Below, one piece after another: positions 29,194-38,118 of a stretch of DNA of 64,000 nt. Position numbers and translations under genes: made by a program. How positions within the stretch are numbered: position 1 is the stretch's first letter; every line of letters starts with the position of its first letter. Location: the IMG/VR virus record IMGVR_UViG_3300049044_000094; one strand, given 5' to 3'. This DNA comes from a virus. Taxonomy: Duplodnaviria > Heunggongvirae > Uroviricota > Caudoviricetes. The notes beneath the pieces were generated by a model, which worked only from the letters and a program-made list of their open reading frames with translations, was not told where the DNA came from and searched no databases.

Positions 29194-30011
29194 ACTGCAA
29201 CCTCCGCAGCAATGGTAGGATAGGGATCGTAGCCGAGGAGGTGGATGTCCTCGGATTTGAAGTCGAAGACGGTGTTCACAGCACGCGCGAACCGGACGGT
29301 CGGAGCCGATCTCCCCGTGCGGCCGAGTTGCTCTTCCACCTGCTCGCGGTGGTTGAGATAAATGTGCGTGTCGCCGCCGACCCACACGAGCTTGCCGAGC
29401 CCGAGGCCAGTGGTCCAGGCGAGCATCTGCGTCAGGAGCGCGTAGCTGGCGATATTGAATGGCACGCCCAGGAACATATCCGCCGACCGCTGGTAGAGCT
29501 GGCAGCTCAGCCGATTATCGTTCGAGACATGGAACTGGAACAGGCAGTGGCATGGTGGCAGCTTCATGTCGGGGACATCCAGCGGATTCCAGGCCGACAC
29601 AATATGCCGCCGCGACCACGGGTTCTTGACGAGATCCTCGACCAAAGTCTTCATCTGGTCGACGGCGACGGGTTTGCCGTTGGAGGCGACCCCACGCCAA
29701 TCCCGCCACTGTTTGCCATAGACCGGGCCTAGCTCGCCCTTCTCGTCGGCCCACTCATCCCAGATGTGGACACTGGCCTCCTGCAGCGGCTTCACGTTTG
29801 TGCTGCCGGCCAGGAACCAGAGCAACTCCTCGACCACGCCCCGCCAATAGACCCGCTTGGTCGTGAGCAAAGGAAATTCCTTGCCGAGGTCGAAGCTCAT
29901 GCGGCCGCCAAAGATACCGACAGTTCCGACCCCGGTGCGGTCTTTGCGCTCTTCGCCGTCGCGCAGTACCTCGCGCAGCAGCGATGCGTAGGTTTGATCG
30001 GCGCGGCTCAT
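29190..30011 (-). CDS. thyA: thymidylate synthase
   Basis: full ThyA signature including PPCH and catalytic-Cys region (LPPCHCLFQF), DTHIY. Confidence 0.85.
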   Translation of the reverse strand: MSRADQTYASLLREVLRDGEERKDRTGVGTVGIFGGRMSFDLGKEFPLLTTKRVYWRGVVEELLWFLAGSTNVKPLQEASVHIWDEWADEKGELGPVYGKQWRDWRGVASNGKPVAVDQMKTLVEDLVKNPWSRRHIVSAWNPLDVPDMKLPPCHCLFQFHVSNDNRLSCQLYQRSADMFLGVPFNIASYALLTQMLAWTTGLGLGKLVWVGGDTHIYLNHREQVEEQLGRTGRSAPTVRFARAVNTVFDFKSEDIHLLGYDPYPTIAAEVAV

Positions 30012-30397
30012 ATCGAGAACTCCGGCAGGAAATAGCCGGGCTTCGGATCGAGCTTCCGAAGCGGGATCGAATAGAGCAACAGCCACGCGCCGTCGCGGCC
30101 AGTGCACATGGTGTGGGTGCCGGCTTCGAATTTGGTGCGAGCTTCGGCAATGGCGGGCTCGGTGTTATCCCAGCCCGCGGACGCTGCCTTGCGCTTGCCG
30201 ACGCGAAACTTGAGCAGCTCCGGCCGGCCTTCGCCACCCCAGCGCTCCTCACCCGAGACGATGCGGTCGGTGTTGTCATCGATGACCTGAAGAACGACGG
30301 TGACGTCGATTCCGACATTCTTCGCAGTCTTGAACGGGCTGCGAGTTCTCTTGAACTCATACAATATTTCTTCGATAATCTCGGGAGAAGGGGACAC
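30008..30397 (-). CDS. hypothetical protein
   Basis: 129-aa ORF coupled at both ends (ATGA overlaps). Confidence 0.4.
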   Translation of the reverse strand: MSPSPEIIEEILYEFKRTRSPFKTAKNVGIDVTVVLQVIDDNTDRIVSGEERWGGEGRPELLKFRVGKRKAASAGWDNTEPAIAEARTKFEAGTHTMCTGRDGAWLLLYSIPLRKLDPKPGYFLPEFSI

Positions 30398-30467
30398 GTC
30401 GTTACTCCGGTTGTGGACACCGGAGGTCTACGAATCCGCTGACTCCCGCTCAAAGAAACACAGCTAA

Positions 30468-30480
30468 ATGACCTGGTTAT
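30468..30480. promoter_or_regulatory. palindrome motif site 2 ATGACCTGGTTAT (1 mismatch), overlaps SbcC-like stop
   Basis: family member. Confidence 0.5.
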
Positions 30481-32421
30481 TCATGTCGTTGGCTGGGAGT
30501 TATCAAGATCAACGTGGTGATACTCACCTGGGATCATCAGTGTTTCTCCCAGCCGTTTGTGCGTGATGATGATGAGCTGGCCAATCTGTTCGCGCAGATT
30601 GGCAAGGCTTTCGATTGTTGCCTGCGATCGCTCGGCGTCCATGTCCGAGTCCAGTTCGTCGGCCAGGAACACTGGGAACACGCGGGACACCAGCACCTGG
30701 CCGAGCGCCACTCGGAGCGCCACGTTGGCCACCGTTGCGCCGGCGCCGGACAGAGTCTCTACGGCTTGCCCGTCGACGCTGATGTTCATCTCCTCATCCA
30801 CGATCACCGAGCTGAAGACACCGTTGGTCATCTGATGGATCAGCGTCGACGCCACTCGGGTAAGGGCAGGGGCCAGATACGCCTTTACCGTGGTGCGTGC
30901 TGAAACCAGCGCTTCAGCACCGTGCTTGTAGGCATCGGCCTTGCGTACCTTCTCGGTGATCTCCAGGCTGATCCGATCGAATTCGGCTCGGGCCTTGGCA
31001 TAGGCCTCGACCTGGTTCTCGTAGACGCGAGCGTTGAGCAGCGCTGCCTCCAACTCGTGCGTGTTGTCGATCACCTCGCCGAGCTGCTCAAGCGCGGCCT
31101 TGGCTTCCACTGCGGCCGCGCTTCGCTTCTCCCACCCCTCCTTAGCTACGACATAGGCAGCCCATTCAGCCCTCAGCCGCCGCTCACCGGCTAGTGTGTC
31201 GGATCGATCCTCGAGTATCGGTAGACCGGCCAGTTCGTCGATGAGCTTGAGCTTCTCGTTCACCCGGGCGAGGGCGATCCGCCCCTTTTGGATTTCCGCG
31301 TCCGTCATCGTCATCCCACCGGCGGGTTCCGGTGGAAGTGGAGAAGACCAGTTGTCGTGCCGCCGCTGCTCGGCCCGTAGCTCAGGCAGCGGAGTGGTTG
31401 GGGGCTCTGGCACCTCACCGTTCGTCAGAAAAATGTGGTCACATTTCGGACAGGTTGCCTCGACGTGGACGAGGTTCTTGACCGCACCATAGTGTGCCCA
31501 CGCCTCGATGGCCGCGATCACCTCACCATAGGGGAGGATCGGTTGCGGGCCGCGTCGCTTGACTTCAGCGTGGTACTGGTTCGCAGTTTCTGCCGCGTCA
31601 AGGTTCTCTGCGGTCCAGATTGCGTCGGGGATAGCATCGATGGCCTTGGCAAGCTGCCGTCTCTGAGCATCCAGCTCGAGCCGGCTCTTCTCATGGGCCT
31701 CGAGTGCACAGAGGTCGCCAGTCGGCTCAGCCATCAGCATCGGAGGTGGCCCAACCTCAGCGATGATGCGTTCCAAGGCATTCTTCTCTTTGAGCCGTTC
31801 GCGCACGAAGAGTAAATCGACGGCAATCTGATCGGACGGTCGGTAGCCCTCCGGTTCAACAGGCTCCGCTGGCGCTGATAGCATCGTGCTCATGGCGTCG
31901 GCTTCGCGCCGATAGCCCTTCGCCTCATCGCGACAGGCCCTCTCGACGACTTCGTTGGCAGCGAGGCCGAGCACCTGATCGATCAGTTTCTTTCGCTCGG
32001 CTGGCTTCATGCTGGTGAGCCGTTCGCTCTGTTTCTGCGTCACCGCGCAGGCGATGTCGAAGACATCGAGTCCGAAGCCGAGCAGTTCCCGTATCTTCTG
32101 GTTGACGGCATCGGCACCGACGGCGAGCACGGCATCGTTCTTGTCGAGCAGGCGCTCGGACTTGCGGTTGCGTTCGACGCGGTAGTCCTCACCACGGATC
32201 TGGAAATCCATAGTGGCGTCGAGCTTTTTGTAATCGGAAGCTGGACCCCGCAGCGCTTTCTTACCGAACAGCAGGTAGCGCGGAAGCTCGCTGGCACTGA
32301 AGCTCTTCCCAGATCCATTGCGTCCGGTGACCGCGGTGATCCCTGGTGGCGGGGTCAACTGTCCCTTCAAGCTCAGGCCGTTCGTAGGGAAGGTGACGGA
32401 GTAGGTGATGTCTTTGATCAT
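30481..32421 (-). CDS. SbcC/Rad50-like ATPase with zinc hook
   Basis: Walker A GRNGSGKS, coiled-coil middle with CPKC hook, signature/D-loop VFLADELDSDMD, H-loop ITHK; AGGAG RBS. Confidence 0.7.
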   Translation of the reverse strand: MIKDITYSVTFPTNGLSLKGQLTPPPGITAVTGRNGSGKSFSASELPRYLLFGKKALRGPASDYKKLDATMDFQIRGEDYRVERNRKSERLLDKNDAVLAVGADAVNQKIRELLGFGLDVFDIACAVTQKQSERLTSMKPAERKKLIDQVLGLAANEVVERACRDEAKGYRREADAMSTMLSAPAEPVEPEGYRPSDQIAVDLLFVRERLKEKNALERIIAEVGPPPMLMAEPTGDLCALEAHEKSRLELDAQRRQLAKAIDAIPDAIWTAENLDAAETANQYHAEVKRRGPQPILPYGEVIAAIEAWAHYGAVKNLVHVEATCPKCDHIFLTNGEVPEPPTTPLPELRAEQRRHDNWSSPLPPEPAGGMTMTDAEIQKGRIALARVNEKLKLIDELAGLPILEDRSDTLAGERRLRAEWAAYVVAKEGWEKRSAAAVEAKAALEQLGEVIDNTHELEAALLNARVYENQVEAYAKARAEFDRISLEITEKVRKADAYKHGAEALVSARTTVKAYLAPALTRVASTLIHQMTNGVFSSVIVDEEMNISVDGQAVETLSGAGATVANVALRVALGQVLVSRVFPVFLADELDSDMDAERSQATIESLANLREQIGQLIIITHKRLGETLMIPGEYHHVDLDNSQPTT

Positions 32422-32471
32422 GCCGTTCTCCTGAGTTTGTTGTTGCCGTTGTTCAAGGCTTGGCAGGTAAA

Positions 32472-32484
32472 AGGATCAGGTCAT
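32472..32484. promoter_or_regulatory. palindrome motif site 3 AGGATCAGGTCAT (2 mismatches), between SbcC-like start and endolysin ATG
   Basis: family member, weakest. Confidence 0.35.
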
Positions 32485-32488
32485 TTCG

Positions 32489-33082
32489 ATGATTTCCGTG
32501 CCGTCCGATTATCAGTGGCTCAACACGGTGGGCACTCTTCCTCGGATCGTTTCCGAAGCGCTGAAGGAATATGGAACGATCGAGGCGGCCGGCGCTGCAA
32601 ACTGCCCGAAGATCATGGCCTGGGCCGAAGAGGTCGGCATCGAACGCATCGGCTACCGCTACACCGCTGACTCTGTGCCGTGGTGCGGGCTGTTCATGGC
32701 GGTGGTGGCGCTGCGCGCCGGCAAGGAAATTCCACAAGGCCCGCTGTATGCTCTGAACTGGTCAAAGTTTGGCGATTCTGTCGCTGCACGAGGGGGCCTA
32801 AATCTCGCCAATAAGTTGGTGACGCACCCCGGCAAGGCGATCAGCCTCGGCGATGTCCTCGTGTTCCGCCGAGAGGGCGGAGGCCACGTTGGCCTCTGCG
32901 CCGGCGAGGATGATGATGCCTTCCATGTGCTCGGAGGCAACCAGTCCGATCGGGTGTGCTTCACCCGAATTGCCAAGGCTCGTCTCGTTGCCGCGCGCAG
33001 GCCGAAGATGACCGTACCGCCGGCCAGCATGAAACCATACCGACTTGCCAAAGTCGGAGGCCTGTCGAGGAACGAGGCATGA
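32489..33082 (+). CDS. endolysin, TIGR02594/NlpC-P60-like peptidase
   Basis: VPWCGLFM..GGHVGL catalytic Cys/His layout; first gene of lysis cassette. Confidence 0.5.
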   Translation: MISVPSDYQWLNTVGTLPRIVSEALKEYGTIEAAGAANCPKIMAWAEEVGIERIGYRYTADSVPWCGLFMAVVALRAGKEIPQGPLYALNWSKFGDSVAARGGLNLANKLVTHPGKAISLGDVLVFRREGGGHVGLCAGEDDDAFHVLGGNQSDRVCFTRIAKARLVAARRPKMTVPPASMKPYRLAKVGGLSRNEA

Positions 33083-33333
33083 GCGAGGAAGAACTCGACG
33101 ACAAGATCCGGTCGATCCTGAAGCCACAACCGGCGATCTCGTCGCATCAGGTCTATTTCATCGCCCTACTGGCGATCGGTATCTGGACAGCAATCTCTGT
33201 TTGGATGCTGAACCACTCACCAAGTGAGGCGGAGCGCGCCGGCATCCAGAAAGCGGCCGAGACGATCGCGACTGCGGCATTCTTCTATTATCTCGGCTCG
33301 TCGGCCGGCTCACGAAACAAGGATCGGCCATGA
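33079..33333 (+). CDS. holin-like small membrane protein
   Basis: 84 aa, TM helix VYFIALLAIGIWTAISVWML, charged C-terminus. Confidence 0.45.
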   Translation: MSEEELDDKIRSILKPQPAISSHQVYFIALLAIGIWTAISVWMLNHSPSEAERAGIQKAAETIATAAFFYYLGSSAGSRNKDRP

Positions 33334-33755
33334 TGGGCTTGCTTGATTTTGCTGGAGGACAACTCTGGAAAATTGCCACGGGCGCCGCCGGCATTTTGTC
33401 TGTGGTCCTGGCCGGCTTTCTCCTGAGCGCGCAGATCGAGAACCGGCTGCTGAACCAGGCCAACGCTGCGCTCGACCAGCGGCTAGAGCAGAAGACGGCG
33501 GACCTCGCACAATCCCGCAGCAATGTCGCGACCCTGCAGGCCACGATCGATAGCCAGAACGCCAAGATCGAACTGCTCCGCAAGGACAATGAGGCCAAGC
33601 TGACCGAGGCGACCCGCCAGCTAGTGGCCGTTCAAACCCAGAACCGCTCGCTGTCGGCACGGCTCGACAGCTTCCTCAAGGTAAAACCCCGCGGATCCAC
33701 GCTCGAACAGCGGATCCTGGACGTGGACGCCCGTTACATGGAGCTGCTGAAATGA
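33330..33755 (+). CDS. i-spanin (Rz-like)
   Basis: N-terminal TM then long coiled coil. Confidence 0.55.
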   Translation: MMGLLDFAGGQLWKIATGAAGILSVVLAGFLLSAQIENRLLNQANAALDQRLEQKTADLAQSRSNVATLQATIDSQNAKIELLRKDNEAKLTEATRQLVAVQTQNRSLSARLDSFLKVKPRGSTLEQRILDVDARYMELLK

Positions 33756-34030
33756 AGTGGGCCTTGCTTCTACCGCTCGCCCTGGCCGGCTGCGGAGCCG
33801 CTGGACAGTATCGGCCAGAGCCCATTGTTGTACCAAAAACCGTCCTCGTCCCCGTCAAGGGCGACTGCGTGCCGACAGGACTCGGGGAGCCTCCCGCATA
33901 CATCGATAGCGATGAAGCGCTGCGCGGAGCGAAGGATGCAGCGGAGCGCTATCAGTTGACCGCCGCGGGGCGCAAGCAACGGCAAGCGCGCCTTGATGAA
34001 CTCGAACCGGTTGTGAAGGGTTGTCGGTGA
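33752..34030 (+). CDS. o-spanin lipoprotein (Rz1-like)
   Basis: signal peptide + lipobox LALAGCG, Pro-rich; ATGA-coupled. Confidence 0.55.
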   Translation: MKWALLLPLALAGCGAAGQYRPEPIVVPKTVLVPVKGDCVPTGLGEPPAYIDSDEALRGAKDAAERYQLTAAGRKQRQARLDELEPVVKGCR

Positions 34031-34311
34031 GCGAAGACGCCAAGGAGCTGGCCTTGCAGGCGCAGGCGGCAATCAATGCCCATGAACAGGTCTGTGCCGA
34101 GCGCTACGCCCATATCCATGCCTCGATCTCACGGATCGAAGGTGTGATGAAGTGGGTCGGTGGCGTGATCATCACGCTCATCTTGGCCGTGCTCGGTTGG
34201 TCACTCACGCAGCAATATAATGCGAACGAGGCTCAGAAGAGAGCGCTGGAAGATCGCATTGAACTGTTGCAAGGCCGCCAACCGCAGACAACCGAGCCGT
34301 CTGCTCCATAG
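34021..34311 (+). CDS. membrane protein (lysis accessory?)
   Basis: 96 aa with central TM WVGGVIITLILAVLGWSL. Confidence 0.35.
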   Translation: MSVSEDAKELALQAQAAINAHEQVCAERYAHIHASISRIEGVMKWVGGVIITLILAVLGWSLTQQYNANEAQKRALEDRIELLQGRQPQTTEPSAP

Positions 34312-34335
34312 TTAGCCCGAGTCTCTGCCGCGTAG

Positions 34336-34683
34336 ATGGTCTCCTCAAAGGAGATCATCGTGGACCTTCGCGACATCCATAAATCGAATCCACTGCCGAT
34401 CGCCCCGATCCTGACCCAAGGCGGTCACATCACGGTCCAGACCAACGGTGTCACCGGGGCGAACTATACGGCCTTTGAAAATCGGGCCTGTACCCAACTC
34501 ACAATCATGAATGACACCGGTACCAAGCTCGAAGTACAACAGGGTGGTGCCGGAGCTGCGTTCCCGATCCTTGACGGCCAGTATTTTCCCTTCTTCGGCA
34601 TAACAAACGCCAATCAGATCAGCGTCCGAAGGGCTGACACGTCGACTACCCAGGTCACTGTCAAAGCTCGCTGGGAGGCCTGA
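34336..34683 (+). CDS. hypothetical protein
   Basis: 115-aa ORF. Confidence 0.35.
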   Translation: MVSSKEIIVDLRDIHKSNPLPIAPILTQGGHITVQTNGVTGANYTAFENRACTQLTIMNDTGTKLEVQQGGAGAAFPILDGQYFPFFGITNANQISVRRADTSTTQVTVKARWEA

Positions 34684-36558
34684 TTGAGGCTCGCCGGCGC
34701 GGTAGGACGTTTCGGTTACCGGCCATGCAGGTTCGCAGCCGCGGGCTATTCCACCACCACAGGTTTGGTCCATTCGGCCTGGACTGGTGTTCCCACACCA
34801 ACCGGCTGTTACGTTTCAACACGGCTGGTGGCCGATAGCGCCGATGTCAAAATCGTCGTCTCGACCAACAGTGATCTATCCTCACCGATCTTGACCTCGT
34901 CGTCTGTCGCCAGTTCGGACCGAATCGCACGCCACACCGTTACGGGTCTGACGGCGAACACGACTTACTATTGGGGCCAGCTCGTGGGCGGCGTCCTCGA
35001 TATCGGTAAGATCGGTAAGTTCAAAACCGCTCCTGCCATCAATTCGCAAGCCAGCTTTCGCTTCGCGGCTTCCTCCTGCGCGCAGGTGGGCAGCAACCAT
35101 GCGGTCTATGATCAAATTCGGTCGATCAACCCGGCTTTCTTCATCCACATGGGCGACATCCATTACGCCGACAGCACGTCGACCGATGAGGCGGTGCGGC
35201 AAGCGCTCTATGACGACGTGCTTGCGCTTTCGAAGCCAGGGCAGCTTTTCCGCGAAGTTCCCTGCCCCTACATCTATGACGATCACGATTTCTGCGGGAA
35301 CAACAGTGACAGCACGTCAACTGGCGCGGCTGCGGCCAAGGCTTCATTCAGAGCGCGCGTTCCTGTCCCGGTCGCCTCGGGTGCCGGTGGCGCCAATTAC
35401 TACAGCTTCGTCTATGGTCGAGTACGCTTCATCGTCACGGACCTGAGATCAGCGCGATCACCGGTCGGGAATACCGACAACTCCTCGAAGACGATGATGG
35501 GGTCGACGCAGAAGACCTGGTTCAAGGATGAGTTGGTCGCGGCTGTCGCTGCCAACCAGGTGATCGTATGGGTATCGTCGGTACCTTGGCTCGAGACCAC
35601 TGCGAACAACGACGACGGTTGGGCCGATTACAATACCGAGCGGGTCGAGCTTGCCGACTACATGAAGGCCAACGGGGTACTGGGCCGTATCCTGATCTCG
35701 TCCGGCGATATGCACGCCATCGCCTGGGACACGGGCGGAGCCGACTACGCGACCGGCGGTGGGATGCCGATCCCGATATTCCATTCCGCCCCGCTGGATC
35801 GCACGCCCTCGAGCAAGGGCGGCCCATATGACGCCGGGCCGTACCAGAACAACAATCAGTTCGGTTATTTCGACGTCACCGACAACGGCTATGCCGGGGT
35901 CGTCTTCGCCTACACCGGCACGAACTCGGTCGGCGGAACGGTCACGACCACGAGCGTCACCCTTGGCAAGCAGGATTACGACAGCTTCACCGGTGGGGCG
36001 ACTGCAGCCTTGGCCGGACATGTTGCGGAAAGCGGCCAAACCTGGGCTCAGAAGACAGGCGCAGCCACCGGTGAGATTTCCATCGGCACTGACAGCGTTT
36101 TCCTAAGTGCACTGACCTCGGGCTCCGCGGGACGCTGGTACGTCCAGCCCTTCTCGGCGCAGGACGTGTCGATCACCAGCACCATGGAAATGAAGTCGAC
36201 GCCGGGCTCGTCAATGGGTCTCCTGGCACGCCTCCAGTCAGGGGCCGTCACCGCTTATTATGGCGGCTACAGCACGAGCAGCGGCTGGACGATCCGCAAA
36301 TATGTCGCTGGTGTCGAGACGACGATCGGCAACTCGGCCCACACCTGGGCGGCCGGTGTCACGCACAAGGTTCAATTTGACGTGGTGGGAAGCACCCTCA
36401 CGCTCACCGTCGATGGTGTTGAGGTGCTGAGCTTTACAGACACCAGCATCACGGGCGCGGGTGACGTCGGCATCCGCTCCGCGAACGCATCTTCGACTAG
36501 CTCCGAGACGACTGGCCTTCACATGCATGACTACCGCGCCGTTGCCGTGAACGTCTGA
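34684..36558 (+). CDS. PhoD-like metallophosphatase with C-terminal lectin/LamG-like domain
   Basis: FN3-like N-domain TGLTANTTYYW, metallophosphatase blocks GDIHYAD, DDHDF, SGDMHA; TTG start overlapping previous stop. Confidence 0.55.
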   Translation: MRLAGAVGRFGYRPCRFAAAGYSTTTGLVHSAWTGVPTPTGCYVSTRLVADSADVKIVVSTNSDLSSPILTSSSVASSDRIARHTVTGLTANTTYYWGQLVGGVLDIGKIGKFKTAPAINSQASFRFAASSCAQVGSNHAVYDQIRSINPAFFIHMGDIHYADSTSTDEAVRQALYDDVLALSKPGQLFREVPCPYIYDDHDFCGNNSDSTSTGAAAAKASFRARVPVPVASGAGGANYYSFVYGRVRFIVTDLRSARSPVGNTDNSSKTMMGSTQKTWFKDELVAAVAANQVIVWVSSVPWLETTANNDDGWADYNTERVELADYMKANGVLGRILISSGDMHAIAWDTGGADYATGGGMPIPIFHSAPLDRTPSSKGGPYDAGPYQNNNQFGYFDVTDNGYAGVVFAYTGTNSVGGTVTTTSVTLGKQDYDSFTGGATAALAGHVAESGQTWAQKTGAATGEISIGTDSVFLSALTSGSAGRWYVQPFSAQDVSITSTMEMKSTPGSSMGLLARLQSGAVTAYYGGYSTSSGWTIRKYVAGVETTIGNSAHTWAAGVTHKVQFDVVGSTLTLTVDGVEVLSFTDTSITGAGDVGIRSANASSTSSETTGLHMHDYRAVAVNV

Positions 36559-36735
36559 TGCGAGGCCAAAGCAGGAAGATCGCCATAATTGCCCCTCCGG
36601 TCAGCACCGCGAGCGGAGTTCCGAGCACGCGAATCAACGGCGCCAAGAGCAGGATCAGGAGCGCCGACAGTGCAGCGATTTCGCCAAGAGAAACATCAAA
36701 ATATCGCATCATGTCCGTGCCTTAGAGGATACAAA

Positions 36736-38052
36736 ATGGGATTGCTACCCCGGATCAAAATTGTCGCAGCCGCGCTCATATTGTCGCTCGCCGCGATGCC
36801 TGCCTTCGGCCAGGTCGGTCTTGACCAGGCCATTGCTGCCAACAAGGTCGTTGGCGAATACCTGGCCCAGCAACGGCCGGTCGCCGCGGTTCTGGACACG
36901 CGCGGAAAGCCTGTCCTGTCAATGCCCGTCGCTTCCATCGCGAACGTCTATGTCAAGCCTGGGGCGACGGAGGCCTTGGTCGATGTGAAGCTGTCAGCAC
37001 CTGCGCCGATGACGACCAGCTTCTGGTTCTCCACTTTCAACATGGACAGCCTCACCGGCTCTGTGGGCAAGGCCTATGAGGGGGGTACCTACATCGCGGT
37101 GAAGAAGCCGATCATGTTCCTCATGGGACAGGATCGCTACCGGGTGCGTGTTCCGCTAAAATCAATGCAGGCTGGTTGGCGCGTCGGCGTCAAGATCATG
37201 TGGAACGAGGACACACCGGCAACCAACATCCAGGAGCGTGCGGCTGCCATCGTTGGTTCGACGACCGAGGCGACGGCTCCACCGGAGTTCACCGCACCGA
37301 CCCCACCCACGCCGCGGCCCAACGGTGCCCAGCTTTTCGCGACCGACTTTATCAGCGGTTTCCAGGCCCGCAGCGGTGGCGGGTCCGGCTGGTTCAATAC
37401 AATGCATGACAGCCGCCGAATTAATTCCGAGCTTGGTCCCTACGTCGATCCGATGCTGTTCCCTGGGAGCGACCCATTCCCTGTGATCAACGGCGTCCGC
37501 ACGCTCAAGCTGGAATATACGCCCGATCGTCTGGTGACCTGGGATGGTGGCAGCTACGCCTATCGGTTGCCAATGCTGTCGACTCGGGGCGGCCTATATT
37601 CGGCGACCTACCGGATCGAGGAGTGGACGGTCCAATTTCCGGCGGGGCATGGGATTCTCGGGGCCGTCTGGAGCCTGAAGGAAGCCGGCGGCTGGCCACC
37701 CGAGACTGACGATGGTGAATATTGGGCGCGCGAAGGCACCAAGCGCCTGACGATCTCCGATCACTATCGGCTGGCGGATGGGTCGGTCGGCAAGTTCGTC
37801 CACAAGCCCTTCGTCGAGGCGATGGGTATCGACATGTCCAAGCCGATCACCATGCGGCGCGAATATACGCCCGAGACGATCCGGACCTACATCAACGGCA
37901 AGTTCGTCGACGAGCGGCCGAACATCCATCACGAGCCGGAATATAAGATATTCTCGATCGCGGCGGGCGGAACCGCTGCGGGAGCGCTGTCACCCACTGT
38001 CTCGTTTCCGGTGCTGATGCCGCTCCACAGTTTCAAGGCCTGGTCCTTCTAA
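36736..38052 (+). CDS. secreted GH16-like glycoside hydrolase
   Basis: Sec signal peptide MGLLPRIKIVAAALILSLAAMPAFG; ExDxxE catalytic motif (ETDDGE). Confidence 0.45.
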   Translation: MGLLPRIKIVAAALILSLAAMPAFGQVGLDQAIAANKVVGEYLAQQRPVAAVLDTRGKPVLSMPVASIANVYVKPGATEALVDVKLSAPAPMTTSFWFSTFNMDSLTGSVGKAYEGGTYIAVKKPIMFLMGQDRYRVRVPLKSMQAGWRVGVKIMWNEDTPATNIQERAAAIVGSTTEATAPPEFTAPTPPTPRPNGAQLFATDFISGFQARSGGGSGWFNTMHDSRRINSELGPYVDPMLFPGSDPFPVINGVRTLKLEYTPDRLVTWDGGSYAYRLPMLSTRGGLYSATYRIEEWTVQFPAGHGILGAVWSLKEAGGWPPETDDGEYWAREGTKRLTISDHYRLADGSVGKFVHKPFVEAMGIDMSKPITMRREYTPETIRTYINGKFVDERPNIHHEPEYKIFSIAAGGTAAGALSPTVSFPVLMPLHSFKAWSF

Positions 38053-38118
38053 ATCCGGTTGCGTGAGGTTCTAAGGCTTTGCCGGGAGGTGGGAATCCGC
38101 CCCCGGTAAGCCGACCTC

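Noticed and set aside
28567-30011. Host-derived flank (thyA, dut look like housekeeping genes)
   Set aside because: Both are embedded in tightly coupled phage operons (ATGA overlaps with phage-type neighbours) and sit between phage structural and replication modules; auxiliary nucleotide-metabolism genes are common in phages.
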